Below the pieces are notes generated by a model that worked only from the letters and a program-made list of their open reading frames with translations, was not told where the DNA came from and ran no database searches. This document shows, piece by piece, positions 38,551-48,635 of a stretch of DNA of 64,000 nt. The position numbers were made by a program, and so were the translations under genes. The stretch is taken from the NCBI GenBank assembly GCA_963718235.1, contig CAVQYR010000001.1, positions 320,001-384,000 on the forward strand, read 5' to 3'. The first letter of the stretch is position 1. The number at the start of each line of letters is the position of its first letter. Source of the DNA: an uncultured Actinomycetota bacterium (GTDB taxonomy: Bacteria; Actinomycetota; Actinomycetes; JAHEKZ01).

Positions 38551-39908
38551 GAGGTCGCCCCGAGCCGGGCGAACAGATCGGCGATCGCCACGGTCGTCTT
38601 CTCGAACTCGTCCAGCAGCACTCGCTCATTGGGCCCGTGGATGTTGGCGTAGCCGTCGGTCGTCCCACCGAGCACGATCTGCGCGCCCGGCACGGCCTCG
38701 GCGAGCGAGCTGACCAGCGGGATCGACCCTCCGGCTCCAGCCATGGCAGTCTCGCCACCCCACGCCGATGCCCAGGCGGCCGACGCGGCGCCGACGGCAG
38801 CGCTGTCAGTTTGGGCGGCGAAGCCGTGGCCGGTCTCCAGCGCCTCGACCGTGAGCCGCAACCCGAAGGGCATGGCGCGGCGAAGGTGCTCGACCACGGC
38901 GGCCTGAGCCTCCTTCGGATCCTGCTCGGGGTGGACTCGGACGTTCAGCTTCGCCCGCGCGTACGGCGAGACCGCGTTGAGGGAGTTGTCGACAGAGGGA
39001 ACGTCCACGCCGATCACAGTGATCGCCGGCCCGCTCCACACGCGGGAGCCGAGCGAGCCGGTGCCCATCAGCGGCGCGCCGTCGACGACCTCTGCGAGCT
39101 CGCGGAACTCCGCCTCGTCCGGGCCGCCGCCCGTCCACTCGTTCCGCCGCAGCCCGGCGACGGCGACGTCGCCGTTGTCGTCGTGCAGTGAGGTGAGGGC
39201 ACGCATGAGGGCGAGCATCGCGTCGGGTGCGGCACCGCCGTACATTCCGCTGTGCTTGGCGGACGCCAGCGTGCGGACCTCGACGACGACGTTGGCCATG
39301 CCGCGCAGTGCCACGGTCAGAGTCGGCGACCCCGGCCTGACGTTGCCGAGGTCGGCGATCAGCATCACGTCGGAGGTGAACCGGTCGGGGTCCTGCTGGG
39401 GGTAGGTGGTGAAGGCACCGCCACCGACCTCCTCCTGGCCCTCGACGACCACCTTCACACCCACCGGGGGGCGTCCGCCCCAGGCACGCAGCGCCCCGAC
39501 GATCGCCATGATGTTCGACTTGGTGTCGGCCGCGCCGCGACCGTGGATGGCGCCGTCCCGCTCGGTCGGCTCGAACGGGGGTGTCTCCCAGAGCGACTCG
39601 TCGCCGGCGGGGACGACGTCGTAGTGGCTGTAGAGCAGCACCGTGGGGGCGTCGTCGGGGGCTGGGATCTCGCCGAAGACCACGGGGGCGGTGTCCGGCA
39701 GCTCGATTTGCTCGACCCGCTCACACCCGGCTTCAAGGAGCAGTTGGGTGACGAGTTGCTCGGCGTCGGCCAGTGCCGCGTGTGTGGATCTGGGGTACCC
39801 CGGTGACGAGACTGACGGGATCGCGATCAGCTCACACAACTGCGAGGTCAGCTGGGGCATGAGGGCGCGGACCGCGTTCGCCAGCTGCTCCGTGCTCTTC
39901 TCGGCCAT
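38547..39908 (-). CDS. M20 family dipeptidase
   Basis: LLYSHYDVVP, GRGAADTK, EGQEEVG, HSGMYGG, GGSIP, HGPNE. Confidence 0.92.
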   Translation of the reverse strand: MAEKSTEQLANAVRALMPQLTSQLCELIAIPSVSSPGYPRSTHAALADAEQLVTQLLLEAGCERVEQIELPDTAPVVFGEIPAPDDAPTVLLYSHYDVVPAGDESLWETPPFEPTERDGAIHGRGAADTKSNIMAIVGALRAWGGRPPVGVKVVVEGQEEVGGGAFTTYPQQDPDRFTSDVMLIADLGNVRPGSPTLTVALRGMANVVVEVRTLASAKHSGMYGGAAPDAMLALMRALTSLHDDNGDVAVAGLRRNEWTGGGPDEAEFRELAEVVDGAPLMGTGSLGSRVWSGPAITVIGVDVPSVDNSLNAVSPYARAKLNVRVHPEQDPKEAQAAVVEHLRRAMPFGLRLTVEALETGHGFAAQTDSAAVGAASAAWASAWGGETAMAGAGGSIPLVSSLAEAVPGAQIVLGGTTDGYANIHGPNERVLLDEFEKTTVAIADLFARLGATS

Positions 39909-40039
39909 GGTGCTCCTCCGCGTGTCTGTGTGCGGCTGCTTGTTGGCTGGGTCATGCCTGGAGTCATCCTGGCGCACGGAGAAACAGCGTGCAGGCCGGA
40001 CCGCGCCCCAGCCTGGGTTGGTGCTGGTCGGAAGCGAGC

Positions 40040-40240
40040 AGGACCTTGTCCTAGGCGGCGCTCGGACGATCGTCCGCGAGACCGGGCGGGACGCCGTGTG
40101 GCGTTGCCGTGGACGGCTCGACGATCAGTGTCGTCACCATCGGTGACGTTCTGGCATTCCACGGCCGCACCGAGGTCGACGTCGCCGGTCTCGTCTTGGC
40201 ACCGGGCTTCATCGACCTCGCACGGCCGCTGTCGACGAGT
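40040..40240 (+). pseudogene. Frameshifted N-terminal fragment of an amidohydrolase (D-aminoacylase-like)
   Basis: DLVLGGARTIVRETGRDAV, then in another frame VDGSTISVV...DVAGLVLAPGFIDL, with no continuation. Confidence 0.5.
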
Positions 40241-40343
40241 CTGTGCGCGGAACGTGAAGTCGCCCTCCTGGTCGGCTCAATCACCCCGTTGCCGGTCCTG
40301 ATGCGCAAGCGCCAGCTGCGGCGGTCATGCCGAGACCATTCCC

Positions 40344-40643
40344 TCACCAGAGGTCGAACGCGGTCCGGATGGCCTCGCTGAGCGCGGGTTCCTGGTCGGT
40401 GAGGAGGAACCCGAGCTGGCGTCCGAGCGCATCGGCGGGCACGGTGACAACGTTGTCGCAGCTGACCACGCTGTCGTGGTCGAGTCCGTTGGCCGGTCCC
40501 ACTGGCACCTCCGTGGACAGGCCGCGCACGATGGTGGTGATCGGCGCCACGGTGACCCGGCTCAAGTGCGGGCGGACGATGTCTCGGGTGAGGACCAGGA
40601 CCGGGCGCGCCTTGTCCAGGTGCGCGACATGGATGGGTCGCAT
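40344..40643 (-). CDS. mazF: MazF/PemK family toxin
   Basis: DKARPVLVLTR, VTVAPITT, SVVSCDNV. From memory it resembles M. tuberculosis Rv1102c. Confidence 0.92.
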   Translation of the reverse strand: MRPIHVAHLDKARPVLVLTRDIVRPHLSRVTVAPITTIVRGLSTEVPVGPANGLDHDSVVSCDNVVTVPADALGRQLGFLLTDQEPALSEAIRTAFDLW

Positions 40644-40879
40644 CAGTCGAGGTCGGGCATCGCAGTTTTCGCCGCATGGTGGGCCAGACCGTCCAGGTCA
40701 GCGTCGCGGCCCGCCTGGGCGAGGATCGCAGCGTCGCGCTCGGCGATCTGGCGGCGGCGCTCGCGTTCGAGGGCGCGCGCGACGGCGGCAGCTCGGCTGG
40801 CGGCATGGCCGCTGCGGACGAGCCCGTCGATGAAGGCGACCAGGTCGTCGGGGAGGCGGACAGCGATCTGCGTGGTCAT
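40643..40879 (-). CDS. mazE: Ribbon-helix-helix antitoxin (MazE-like)
   Basis: MTTQIAVRLPDDLVAFID...SRAAAVARAL. Stop overlaps the toxin ATG. Confidence 0.88.
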   Translation of the reverse strand: MTTQIAVRLPDDLVAFIDGLVRSGHAASRAAAVARALERERRRQIAERDAAILAQAGRDADLDGLAHHAAKTAMPDLD

Positions 40880-41072
40880 ACCTGAACGGTACTATGATGG
40901 GATTCGTATCGGGATGTGAACTGATGCCGGCCGCGAGCTGGGGGTCTCTCAACACCGCGAGAGGACTGGACGATGCGGCCTTCCCCGTACTTGCGCGGCG
41001 GACCTTGTCCACCGACCGATCCCCTGTGTATCGGGCGTCACAGACACCCGTGGCCGACAACGAAGTAGACGG

Positions 41073-41783
41073 TCAGTGCGAGGCGGCGACCAACAGCTCC
41101 GCGAGACGCACGGGTTGCTCGCGGAAGATCCCGTGGTCCGTGTCGATCTCGACAACATCAGCGCCCACCGACGCCGCCATCACCCGTTGAGCCTCCGGCG
41201 GCACCAGCGTATCGACGGTCGTCAGGACGTAGGTGCGGCGGCGAGAAGCCGGCAGATCGCCGCGCCACTTCTCGCGCAACACGGCGATCCCCTGAGGACG
41301 CTGCGTCCGCTCCAGGTAGGTCCGCACCGAGTCCCGCTCGGTCGGGTCAGCCGCGGCGAGGTAGAGGTCGATGTTCAGGGCGCACAGCCCAGGGCCGGCA
41401 CTGAGGATCAGGCCGTCGAAGGCGGCAAGTCCGGCTTCCTCGCCGCCCTCGAACGGATCGCCACCGGCGAAGAGGTCGAGCACCGAGGAACCATCCCGCG
41501 GGATCCAAGCCGCGACGTAGACCACCGGCACGTCGGGGTGCTCCACGGCGATCCTCGAGGCGGTGAAGCCTCCGAACGAGTAGCCGACCAGCACGACGTC
41601 GGCCAGGTCATCGGGCAGGATGGCGCGCACGACGTCCGCGTAGTCCTCCAGAGTCGCGTCGGCACTGTCGCACGGCAGATCAACGACGATCACCTCATGG
41701 CCTGCCGATTCCAACGGTTCGATCACCGGCTCCACCGTCGCGGGTGTATCCCAGGCCCCCGGCACGATGACGAAGGTAGACAT
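41073..41783 (-). CDS. Alpha/beta hydrolase (esterase-like)
   Basis: FVIVPGAW, VDLP, VGYSFGG, D and H in the C-terminal part. Confidence 0.88.
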   Translation of the reverse strand: MSTFVIVPGAWDTPATVEPVIEPLESAGHEVIVVDLPCDSADATLEDYADVVRAILPDDLADVVLVGYSFGGFTASRIAVEHPDVPVVYVAAWIPRDGSSVLDLFAGGDPFEGGEEAGLAAFDGLILSAGPGLCALNIDLYLAAADPTERDSVRTYLERTQRPQGIAVLREKWRGDLPASRRRTYVLTTVDTLVPPEAQRVMAASVGADVVEIDTDHGIFREQPVRLAELLVAASH

Positions 41784-41864
41784 GAGTAGATCCTCCTCGT
41801 CCGGGGACTGGGCGAGTCAACACCGCGGGGTGATCGGGGCAAGTGTGGGATGGGAGGTGAAACG

Positions 41865-42695
41865 CTAGTCCCTGATCGGCTCCGCAACGTCGTACTCAAT
41901 CGAAGACAGGGTGAACTCCCCGTAGGTGAATCGGCCTTCCGGGCGTAGGTACGCGGCTGAGCCGCTGTGCAGCAGGTGCCGGCCATCGACGTCGCGGTAC
42001 TCGGTGACGGGAGTGGACCAGCGCATCGGGACGAAGGTCCCCGAGCTGCTGTCGGGGCGGTCGTCGGACCAGAAGTCGACGAGTTCGTCGTCGTCGTTGA
42101 AGACCAAGGTGGCGCTCACTGTGTGCGGGCCGTTCGTGAAGGTGATGCCCACCGTCCGATCGTCGACCGGGCTCCACGCCAGGCGCGGGTCCACCAACGC
42201 GCCGGGTGCCATGAGGCACAGGTCGTTGAGGACGGTCACTGTCTCGGCTGCGCTGATCTCAGGACCGCGCTGGTCGACCATGTTCAGGGTCGATGCGACC
42301 CGTACGGTGAACGTGGCCTCCTCCTGGCGGTAGACGTGCAGCGCGCGAACAGGCAAGCCGAACATCCGGGCTTCCATCAAGAACAGACGGGTGGGTCGGC
42401 CGAAGAAGCTGTACTGCACGGACCGCGCCCGCATGGGTGTCTGACCGGGCCTGCGGTACATGTTGGCGGCCATGACCACGCGCATGTTCTGCGGTCGCGG
42501 TCGACCCACTGCTCCTGAGCGCTCGATGTACCGCCGGACGTGACCCGGCAGGGCGGCAAGGTCGCTGGCTACGAGCGGAGCACCGCCGGGGCTCAGAGGT
42601 TGGGCGGTGAACTCCGACGCGACAACGCGGTCGAACCGGGAACGTAGCGAACGACCAGCGCCGCCCGGGCGACCCGTGTCAATCGGTGCGGTCAC
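41865..42695 (-). CDS. Conserved hypothetical protein (DUF6544-like)
   Basis: DLAALPGHVRRYI...GAVGRP, ETVTVLNDLCLMAP, FWSDDR, WSTP. Confidence 0.65.
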   Translation of the reverse strand: MTAPIDTGRPGGAGRSLRSRFDRVVASEFTAQPLSPGGAPLVASDLAALPGHVRRYIERSGAVGRPRPQNMRVVMAANMYRRPGQTPMRARSVQYSFFGRPTRLFLMEARMFGLPVRALHVYRQEEATFTVRVASTLNMVDQRGPEISAAETVTVLNDLCLMAPGALVDPRLAWSPVDDRTVGITFTNGPHTVSATLVFNDDDELVDFWSDDRPDSSSGTFVPMRWSTPVTEYRDVDGRHLLHSGSAAYLRPEGRFTYGEFTLSSIEYDVAEPIRD

Positions 42696-42960
42696 GACAG
42701 CACCTCCGTCACGCGCAGGTTGAGGCGCACGGCCGAAGTCGCGTGCCCTACGAAGGACTCTACCCGGGCAGTCGGATCACGGTCCTTCTGACAGCGGTCG
42801 GCACACCGCACTCGGATCCAGGGTTCGCTGAACGGATCGGCCAACGTCGTGACTCGACCCCTCGGGCGCGTGGTGCTCAACTGCCTCAACGCCTGCGCAG
42901 CTTCTGTGAGACGGTTGGGCTGACGACGCTGCAGGCGTGCGGACGAAGGGAGTCAGCCGG

Positions 42961-44037
42961 ATGAGGATCGCAGTGCTGGGGGCCGGCGGGGGTGGCCTGG
43001 CGGTCGCCTACGAGTGGGCCAGTCAGGGGCATGAGGTCGCGCTGTACGCACAACATGCCCACGAGCACCATCTGCTGCCGGTCCGCGAGCGCGGCGGGAT
43101 CCAAGCCGAGGGAATGCTTGAGGGGTTCGTCTCCCTGGAGACGGTCACCACTGACATTGCCGAGGCGCTCGACGGCGTGGAGGTGGTCTTCGTCGTCGGC
43201 CCTGCCTATGCCACGGAGCCGTTCGGCCGGGACACTCGCGGTCACCTGCGCCCCGGGATGACCGTCGTGGTCTGCCCCAGTTCGTGCGTCGGAAGCCTGG
43301 CCTTCAAGCACGCCGCGGGGTTGGACCTCCATGACGAGAGCGTCGTCGTGGGCGAGACCAGCACGCTTCCGTACGCCGCACGCGCATCGATGCATGCGAG
43401 TGTGCGGATTTTCCACAGGTTCGACACCGGCTTCTCGGCCGCCGCTGCCCCGCGGAGCAACACCCCCCGCATGCTCGAGGTCCTGCGGCAGGTCTACCCC
43501 AACACCCAGGAGGCTGCGGGGATCTTCCAGACCACGCTGCAGAACGGCAACCCGGTCATCCACCCGGCCGTCACGTTGCTCAACGCCGCCCTCATCGAAC
43601 GCACGGGTGGTGACTTCATGTTCTATGAGGAGGGGGTCACCGAGGCGGTCGGTCGCCTCATGGAGGCAGTCGACGGCGAGCGAATCTCCGTCGCCCGTTC
43701 CTTGGGCGTGGAGATCCTCTCCGAACCGGATCTTGGGGTGCGGCAGGGCTACATGAGCGAGTCCAACTACTCCACCGGCTACTCCACCGCACCAGGATTT
43801 CGTGGCATCAAGGCGCAGGACGAGCTTCATCACCGCTACCTGACCGAGGATGTCGGCTACTCCATGGTGTTCCTCACTGACCTGGCTCGGCATCTTTCGG
43901 TGCCGACCCCCACCATGGATGCCGTCATCCGGATCGCCTCGATCGTCGCGGGCGAGGACTTCTCCGCCGAGCGCGCCCGCACGATGGACAAGATGGGCCT
44001 GTCCGGCCTGACGCGAGACCAGCTCGCGGTGTACTGA
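42961..44037 (+). CDS. NAD/NADP octopine/nopaline (opine) dehydrogenase family protein
   Basis: IAVLGAGGGG, ETSTLPYAAR, NGNPVIHP, HRYLTEDVGY. Confidence 0.9.
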   Translation: MRIAVLGAGGGGLAVAYEWASQGHEVALYAQHAHEHHLLPVRERGGIQAEGMLEGFVSLETVTTDIAEALDGVEVVFVVGPAYATEPFGRDTRGHLRPGMTVVVCPSSCVGSLAFKHAAGLDLHDESVVVGETSTLPYAARASMHASVRIFHRFDTGFSAAAAPRSNTPRMLEVLRQVYPNTQEAAGIFQTTLQNGNPVIHPAVTLLNAALIERTGGDFMFYEEGVTEAVGRLMEAVDGERISVARSLGVEILSEPDLGVRQGYMSESNYSTGYSTAPGFRGIKAQDELHHRYLTEDVGYSMVFLTDLARHLSVPTPTMDAVIRIASIVAGEDFSAERARTMDKMGLSGLTRDQLAVY

Positions 44038-44140
44038 CTGGGAGTCAGGTCCGCCTGGATGTCGAAGCGCGACCGGTGCTGTCCATCGGCGGGGCGGCAA
44101 CGACTTCTACCTCCGCAGGGCCTATGGGGCTCGGTGCCAG

Positions 44141-44398
44141 CTACGCGTAGTGGTAGCGGGCTTGAAGGACCACCAGATCGTCGCCATCAACGAGGTAGAC
44201 CAGGCGATGTTCCTCGCTGATCCGGCGCGACCAGGCGCCTGCCAGCAAGTGCCGTAGCGGTTCGGGTTTGCCGATGCCGGAGGTGGGATCATGGGGGGCG
44301 TCGTCGATGAGCCGGTTGATCCGCTTGAGGGTGGCTCGATCCGCGGCGAGCCAGTAGGTGTCGTCCTGTTAGCCGTGCGCGGTGAAGACAAGCCTCAC
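44141..44398 (-). pseudogene. yoeB: YoeB/Txe toxin with premature TAA at codon 10
   Basis: Manual translation VRLVFTAHG*QDDTYWLAADRATLKRINRLI...GIGKPEPLRH...WSRRISEEHRLVY...ARYHYA. Confidence 0.85.
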
Positions 44399-44620
44399 GA
44401 CGTCAGGTCATGCGTCTCACGCTGGCCGGACAGTGCCTGCTGCAAGCTCTCGATCAGCCGTTGGGCGTTCGCGGGTGCCCGCAGCAGGTGTGCCGTCTCC
44501 TCCAACGCGTCGTAGTCCGCGCGCCACATCAGGACGGCATCCTCGCGTCGGGAGGTGATCTCGACGGGGGTGCGGTCGACGTTGAGCTGTTCCATCAGGG
44601 GGAAAGGGCCTTGGCGCGAC
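44395..44620 (-). pseudogene. yefM: YefM/Phd antitoxin, N-terminally degenerate
   Basis: RQGPFPLMEQLNVDRTPVEIT...AVLM...DYDALEETAHLLRAPANAQRL. The canonical start is missing. Confidence 0.8.
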
Positions 44621-44651
44621 CAACCCTGACCGTCGGTGGATCGGGGCTAAG

Positions 44652-44858
44652 TCAAGCGCGCGGAGACTGCGACCTGTGGTCCAGTGCGGGTACCACCGCG
44701 ATGAACCAGCCCGTGCCAACGGTCAGTATCGGGATCATGTCGGCGAAGCCACCGCTGCCCTTCAGTACGACCGCGGTCCCGATCCAGATCGCCGCCCAGA
44801 CGAGCGCCGCGCTCCACAAGTAGCGGGCCTGCGCACGAGACGGCTTCATCTCTGTCAT
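44652..44858 (-). CDS. Small 2-TM membrane protein
   Basis: GAGGAGG RBS and two hydrophobic helices. Confidence 0.6.
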   Translation of the reverse strand: MTEMKPSRAQARYLWSAALVWAAIWIGTAVVLKGSGGFADMIPILTVGTGWFIAVVPALDHRSQSPRA

Positions 44859-45831
44859 GTCGCCACCTCCTCTGCGGCATTGCCTCGCTACCAGACTCCG
44901 AGGCGGCCAGGCGATCCGTCAGAGGCCAAGGTCACCCTGGCGGCGGACTCAGACCGGGGACCCACGGGTCGACGTCTCGGTCGGGCCGCTTGTGCCTCGG
45001 CGCCGGCGAGAGGCCTGCAACGGGCCCCGCACGGCCACGGTCCTCAGCGCTGTCGTGGAAAGTGGGAGTCGCGAGCGCGGTCAGCGGCACCAGTCGCGCT
45101 TGCCCCGAGCAGCGAGGGTCTCGGGACTGGGCCGCTCGCTCTGCAGGCGGCTGACCGCCGCGACGAGCACGGGAAGCGGGGACGTGGCGCGCGATGCCAT
45201 GACATCGACCGTATGTCCCAGCCGGTCGCGATCTCCAGCAGGGAGGTGTGAGGTACTGGCGTCGGTCATGGCTAGGACGTTGAGGATGCTCTTGCAGCCG
45301 GCGATGCGGCCGCTGGGTTGGGTCGGTTGGTTTCGCGATCGATTCCTCCACGAGTTCAGGGTCTTGGCCCTCGAACTGGGTCACGGACTCCTTCTGCGGA
45401 TCCGTCGGCGGGGAGCAGGAGTGGCGTTCCTATGGGCACGTCGCGATGCGGGTGTCGTCATGTCCCTTCTTCTGCTGCCGCTGGGAATGATCTTCTGGCT
45501 CGGGTTCGCACTACTCTTCGGACCGGTGTTGGGCGTCGCAGCGACCGTCTTGGCGTTGGTAGCTCGACGAGCCCGGCGTAGGGTCGATTCGGTGCGTGCG
45601 GTACGCCTGTCGACCTCTTGAGTCGGCGACGACGTCGGTGGCCTCGTCGACGGAGAGCCGGCCTGCCGCGGTGTAGTGAACCGTCACCTGGGCCGCCGCC
45701 TGGCCGCTGGAGCTCCCGGTGCAGAACTGCCGGTAACCCACCCCCCGGCGCTCGAAGAACCCGAGGCGCGTGACCTCTGCCCCTGTGCGGGCCCGCGCTG
45801 TACCAGTAGGACTTGGGAATGGAGGTGCGAC

Positions 45832-46653
45832 ATGTCCGCACGAGGGTCCGTGGGTTTTCTCCACGACGACATCCCCTACCTGAAGATTGGACAGGGCCCG
45901 CCGCTTGTGATGGTGCAGGGCCTTTCGCCCGAGCACGACGTCCCGAAGGGTTGGGAGCGCCGGATGGCGCTCGCCTCAGCGGTACAGCTCGCGCGCCACT
46001 TCACTGTGTACACCGTCAACCGCAAGCGCGGGCTGAAGCCCGGGGAGTCGATGTCGGACATCGCCGGCCACCTGGCCAACGCGATCGAGAACGACGTGGG
46101 TCGGCCGGTGTTCCTACAGGGCACCAGCACCGGCGGATCCGTCGTCCTGCAGTTCGCTGTCGATCGACCGGATCTCGTCCGGCGTCTCGTCGTCGTCGCC
46201 TCGGCATACAAGCTGGGCCCACGTGGACGTGAGCTGCAGGCCGAGATGGCTCGTCTGACCCGAGCCGGCAACACCACGGAGGCGATATCGCGGTTGATGA
46301 CCGCGATGATGCCCGCACCTCTCCGAGGTCCGATGCGGCCCCTGTCGGGGCTTGCAGCTCGCTCGATGGCCACTGACGAGCCGTCCGACCTGTTGGTCAC
46401 CCTCGACGCAGAGGACGCCTTCGACCTCGCGGCCGACCTGCACCGGATCACCGCGCCCACCCTCGTCATCGGCGGGGGCAAGGACGCCTTCTACACCCGT
46501 GAGCTGTTCGAGGGCACCGCCGCGGGCGTCCAAGACGGGCGGGTGCACATCTTCGAGGGCTGGGGCCACCTGCGGACGGCGGGCTCCGGCGCGACGACGA
46601 ACCTGGCCCTCGGTTTCTTGCTGGCCGGAACGCGCATCCATGTCGGGGACTGA
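45832..46653 (+). CDS. Alpha/beta hydrolase
   Basis: GQGPPLVMVQGL, GTSTGG, PTLVIGGGKD, GH. GGAGG RBS. Confidence 0.88.
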   Translation: MSARGSVGFLHDDIPYLKIGQGPPLVMVQGLSPEHDVPKGWERRMALASAVQLARHFTVYTVNRKRGLKPGESMSDIAGHLANAIENDVGRPVFLQGTSTGGSVVLQFAVDRPDLVRRLVVVASAYKLGPRGRELQAEMARLTRAGNTTEAISRLMTAMMPAPLRGPMRPLSGLAARSMATDEPSDLLVTLDAEDAFDLAADLHRITAPTLVIGGGKDAFYTRELFEGTAAGVQDGRVHIFEGWGHLRTAGSGATTNLALGFLLAGTRIHVGD

Positions 46654-46748
46654 ACTGCGCCGACGCGCCCTAAACGCACCGGCGAATCAAGGGGTGCGGT
46701 GGTTCAGGCTGCGAGGACCGGTCCGAGTTGAGTTCGCCGTCCGACCTC

Positions 46749-47111
46749 TCACGGGTACTGGACGAGCTGGATCTGGTTGCCGTCGGGATCTTCTAGCGTG
46801 GCCAGCGTGCCGCCCCATGGTTGGTGCTCGGGTGGTCCGGCGACGCTCACCCCCTGAGCGATGAGCATCTCGACGGTCGCTGCGATGTCGGTGGCGGCGA
46901 ACGAGAGGCCGGAAAGGCGGCCGATCAGCTCACTAGCCGGGATCTCGGAGTCCGATTCGACCGTCTCGAGCACGAGGTCAGCGCCGATGTCGAACACGAC
47001 GTAGCCAGCTCGTGGTGATCCAGCTGTTGGGGCAGTGCCGATGACGGCCTCGTACCACCAAGCACTTCGGACGAGGTCGGTGACGAAGACACGAGCAGCG
47101 GCGAGGTGCAC
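46749..47111 (-). CDS. VOC/glyoxalase family protein
   Basis: VFVTDLVRS, QPWGGTLATLEDPDGNQIQLVQ. Start uncertain. Confidence 0.8.
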   Translation of the reverse strand: MHLAAARVFVTDLVRSAWWYEAVIGTAPTAGSPRAGYVVFDIGADLVLETVESDSEIPASELIGRLSGLSFAATDIAATVEMLIAQGVSVAGPPEHQPWGGTLATLEDPDGNQIQLVQYP

Positions 47112-47274
47112 CTGGGCAGGGTATCCGACACGGCCTAGATGCCTAGCCGCATCTTCGTGCATGGGCAATGGTTCTCCGTTCGTCTGGCGATCTCGGCAAA
47201 GAGATGCCGTCAGTCGGCAGCGTGCCATGACCGTGGCCGCGTAGGGTCGGACTCGCTTCCCCGAGGAGGTATGC

Positions 47275-48288
47275 GTGCGCGCCATCGTTCAGCGGGAGTA
47301 CGGACCGCATTCTGAGGTTCTGCGAGTCCGGGAGATCTCCCCGCCGGTCGCTGGTGTCGGACAGGTGCTCGTCGGTGTCCGAGCCACCTCCGTGCACGCC
47401 GACGTGTGGCACGCCGTCAACGGGATCCCGTACGTCCTGCGCCTCATGGGATCCGGCGTCACATCCCCGAAGCGCCCGATCCCCGGCACCGACCTCGCTG
47501 GAGAAGTGGTGGCGGTCGGTCCCGCGGCAGGCGGGTTCCGCCCCGGCGACCGCGTGTTCGGCGAGGTGACCCCCAGTAGCCAGTGGAGCAACGCCGGCAC
47601 GTTCGCCGAGTTCGCTGCCGTGGATGAGTCCTTGCTGACCCGGATCCCCGATCACCTGTCGTTCGAGGAGGCGGCTGCGGTACCCACGGCCGCCCTCATC
47701 GCTCTGACGAACCTGCGCGACGAGGGCCGAGTGCGGGCTGGTCAGCGCGTACTTGTCAACGGGGCCGGTGGCGCGGTCGGTGTGTGGGCCGTGCAGTTGG
47801 CCAAGGTGATTGGGGCGGAGGTAACGGCGGTGGACGGCCCAGCCAAGCTCGACCTGCTGCGCGGCCTCGGAGCTGATCACGTCATCGACTACACGCAGCA
47901 CGACTTCACCGCCATGGGCGACCGCTTCGACGTCGTGTTCGACATCGTGTCGCAGGCGCCGTTCCGTCAGGTTCGGCGTGCTCTGGAGCCGGACGGCACC
48001 TTCGTTCTGGTCGGTCATGACCAGTACGGCCGATCCGGGCACCGGTGGCTCGGCAGTCTCGGCCGGATGCTGCCGCTGCTTGCGATCTCTCCCTTCGTCC
48101 AGCAGATCCCACCCATCCGGTCGGGACTCTCGCGTCAGGAGAACATGGCGGCGATCGCGCAGCTCCTCGGGGAGCACCGGATCCGTCCGGTCGTCGACGA
48201 GCGGACCTTTCCGCTGGAGCTGGCGGCCGAGGCGATCGACTACCTGACCTCGGGCGTCGCCATGGGCCGCGTGGTCCTCACCGTGTGA
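47275..48288 (+). CDS. NAD(P)-dependent MDR-family oxidoreductase (alcohol dehydrogenase/quinone reductase-like)
   Basis: RAIVQREYG, PGTDLAGEV, VLVNGAGGAVG, LGADHVIDYT. Confidence 0.9.
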   Translation: MRAIVQREYGPHSEVLRVREISPPVAGVGQVLVGVRATSVHADVWHAVNGIPYVLRLMGSGVTSPKRPIPGTDLAGEVVAVGPAAGGFRPGDRVFGEVTPSSQWSNAGTFAEFAAVDESLLTRIPDHLSFEEAAAVPTAALIALTNLRDEGRVRAGQRVLVNGAGGAVGVWAVQLAKVIGAEVTAVDGPAKLDLLRGLGADHVIDYTQHDFTAMGDRFDVVFDIVSQAPFRQVRRALEPDGTFVLVGHDQYGRSGHRWLGSLGRMLPLLAISPFVQQIPPIRSGLSRQENMAAIAQLLGEHRIRPVVDERTFPLELAAEAIDYLTSGVAMGRVVLTV

Positions 48289-48635
48289 CCCCTCCCGGTT
48301 ACCTCCGACCCTTGGGTCGGGCATCCGCGAGCGATAGACGGAAGGTGACGCCAGACAGGGTCCGCTTCGCTGGGGGTGGACTCGGGGTTCATGACGCATG
48401 TGCGTCCCCGACCGGCGAGGAAGCAGCGCCGACGTCGGTCCCTGGCGGCAGGCCGAGCGCTGTCAGCGACACCCGGGCGACCAGCTCGACGGCGAAGCGC
48501 ACGGCGAGCAGGCGACGACGAGTGGGCAGGACCGATCGCGCCCTCATGGGCGCCTCTGAGTCCGACTCGCACAGCATGCTTGACCGGGGAGCCTGACGGC
48601 TCCAGGCTCGAACCTCCAACAGCGAGGGAGCAACC

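Noticed and set aside
44369-44371. Programmed recoding of the yoeB internal stop
   Set aside because: The codon is TAA and the partner gene is also degenerate, so ordinary pseudogenisation is simpler.
44857-45621. 254-aa ORF with a hydrophobic C-terminus
   Set aside because: No motif and atypical composition. At most the last ~53 codons could be a small membrane protein, which I cannot support.
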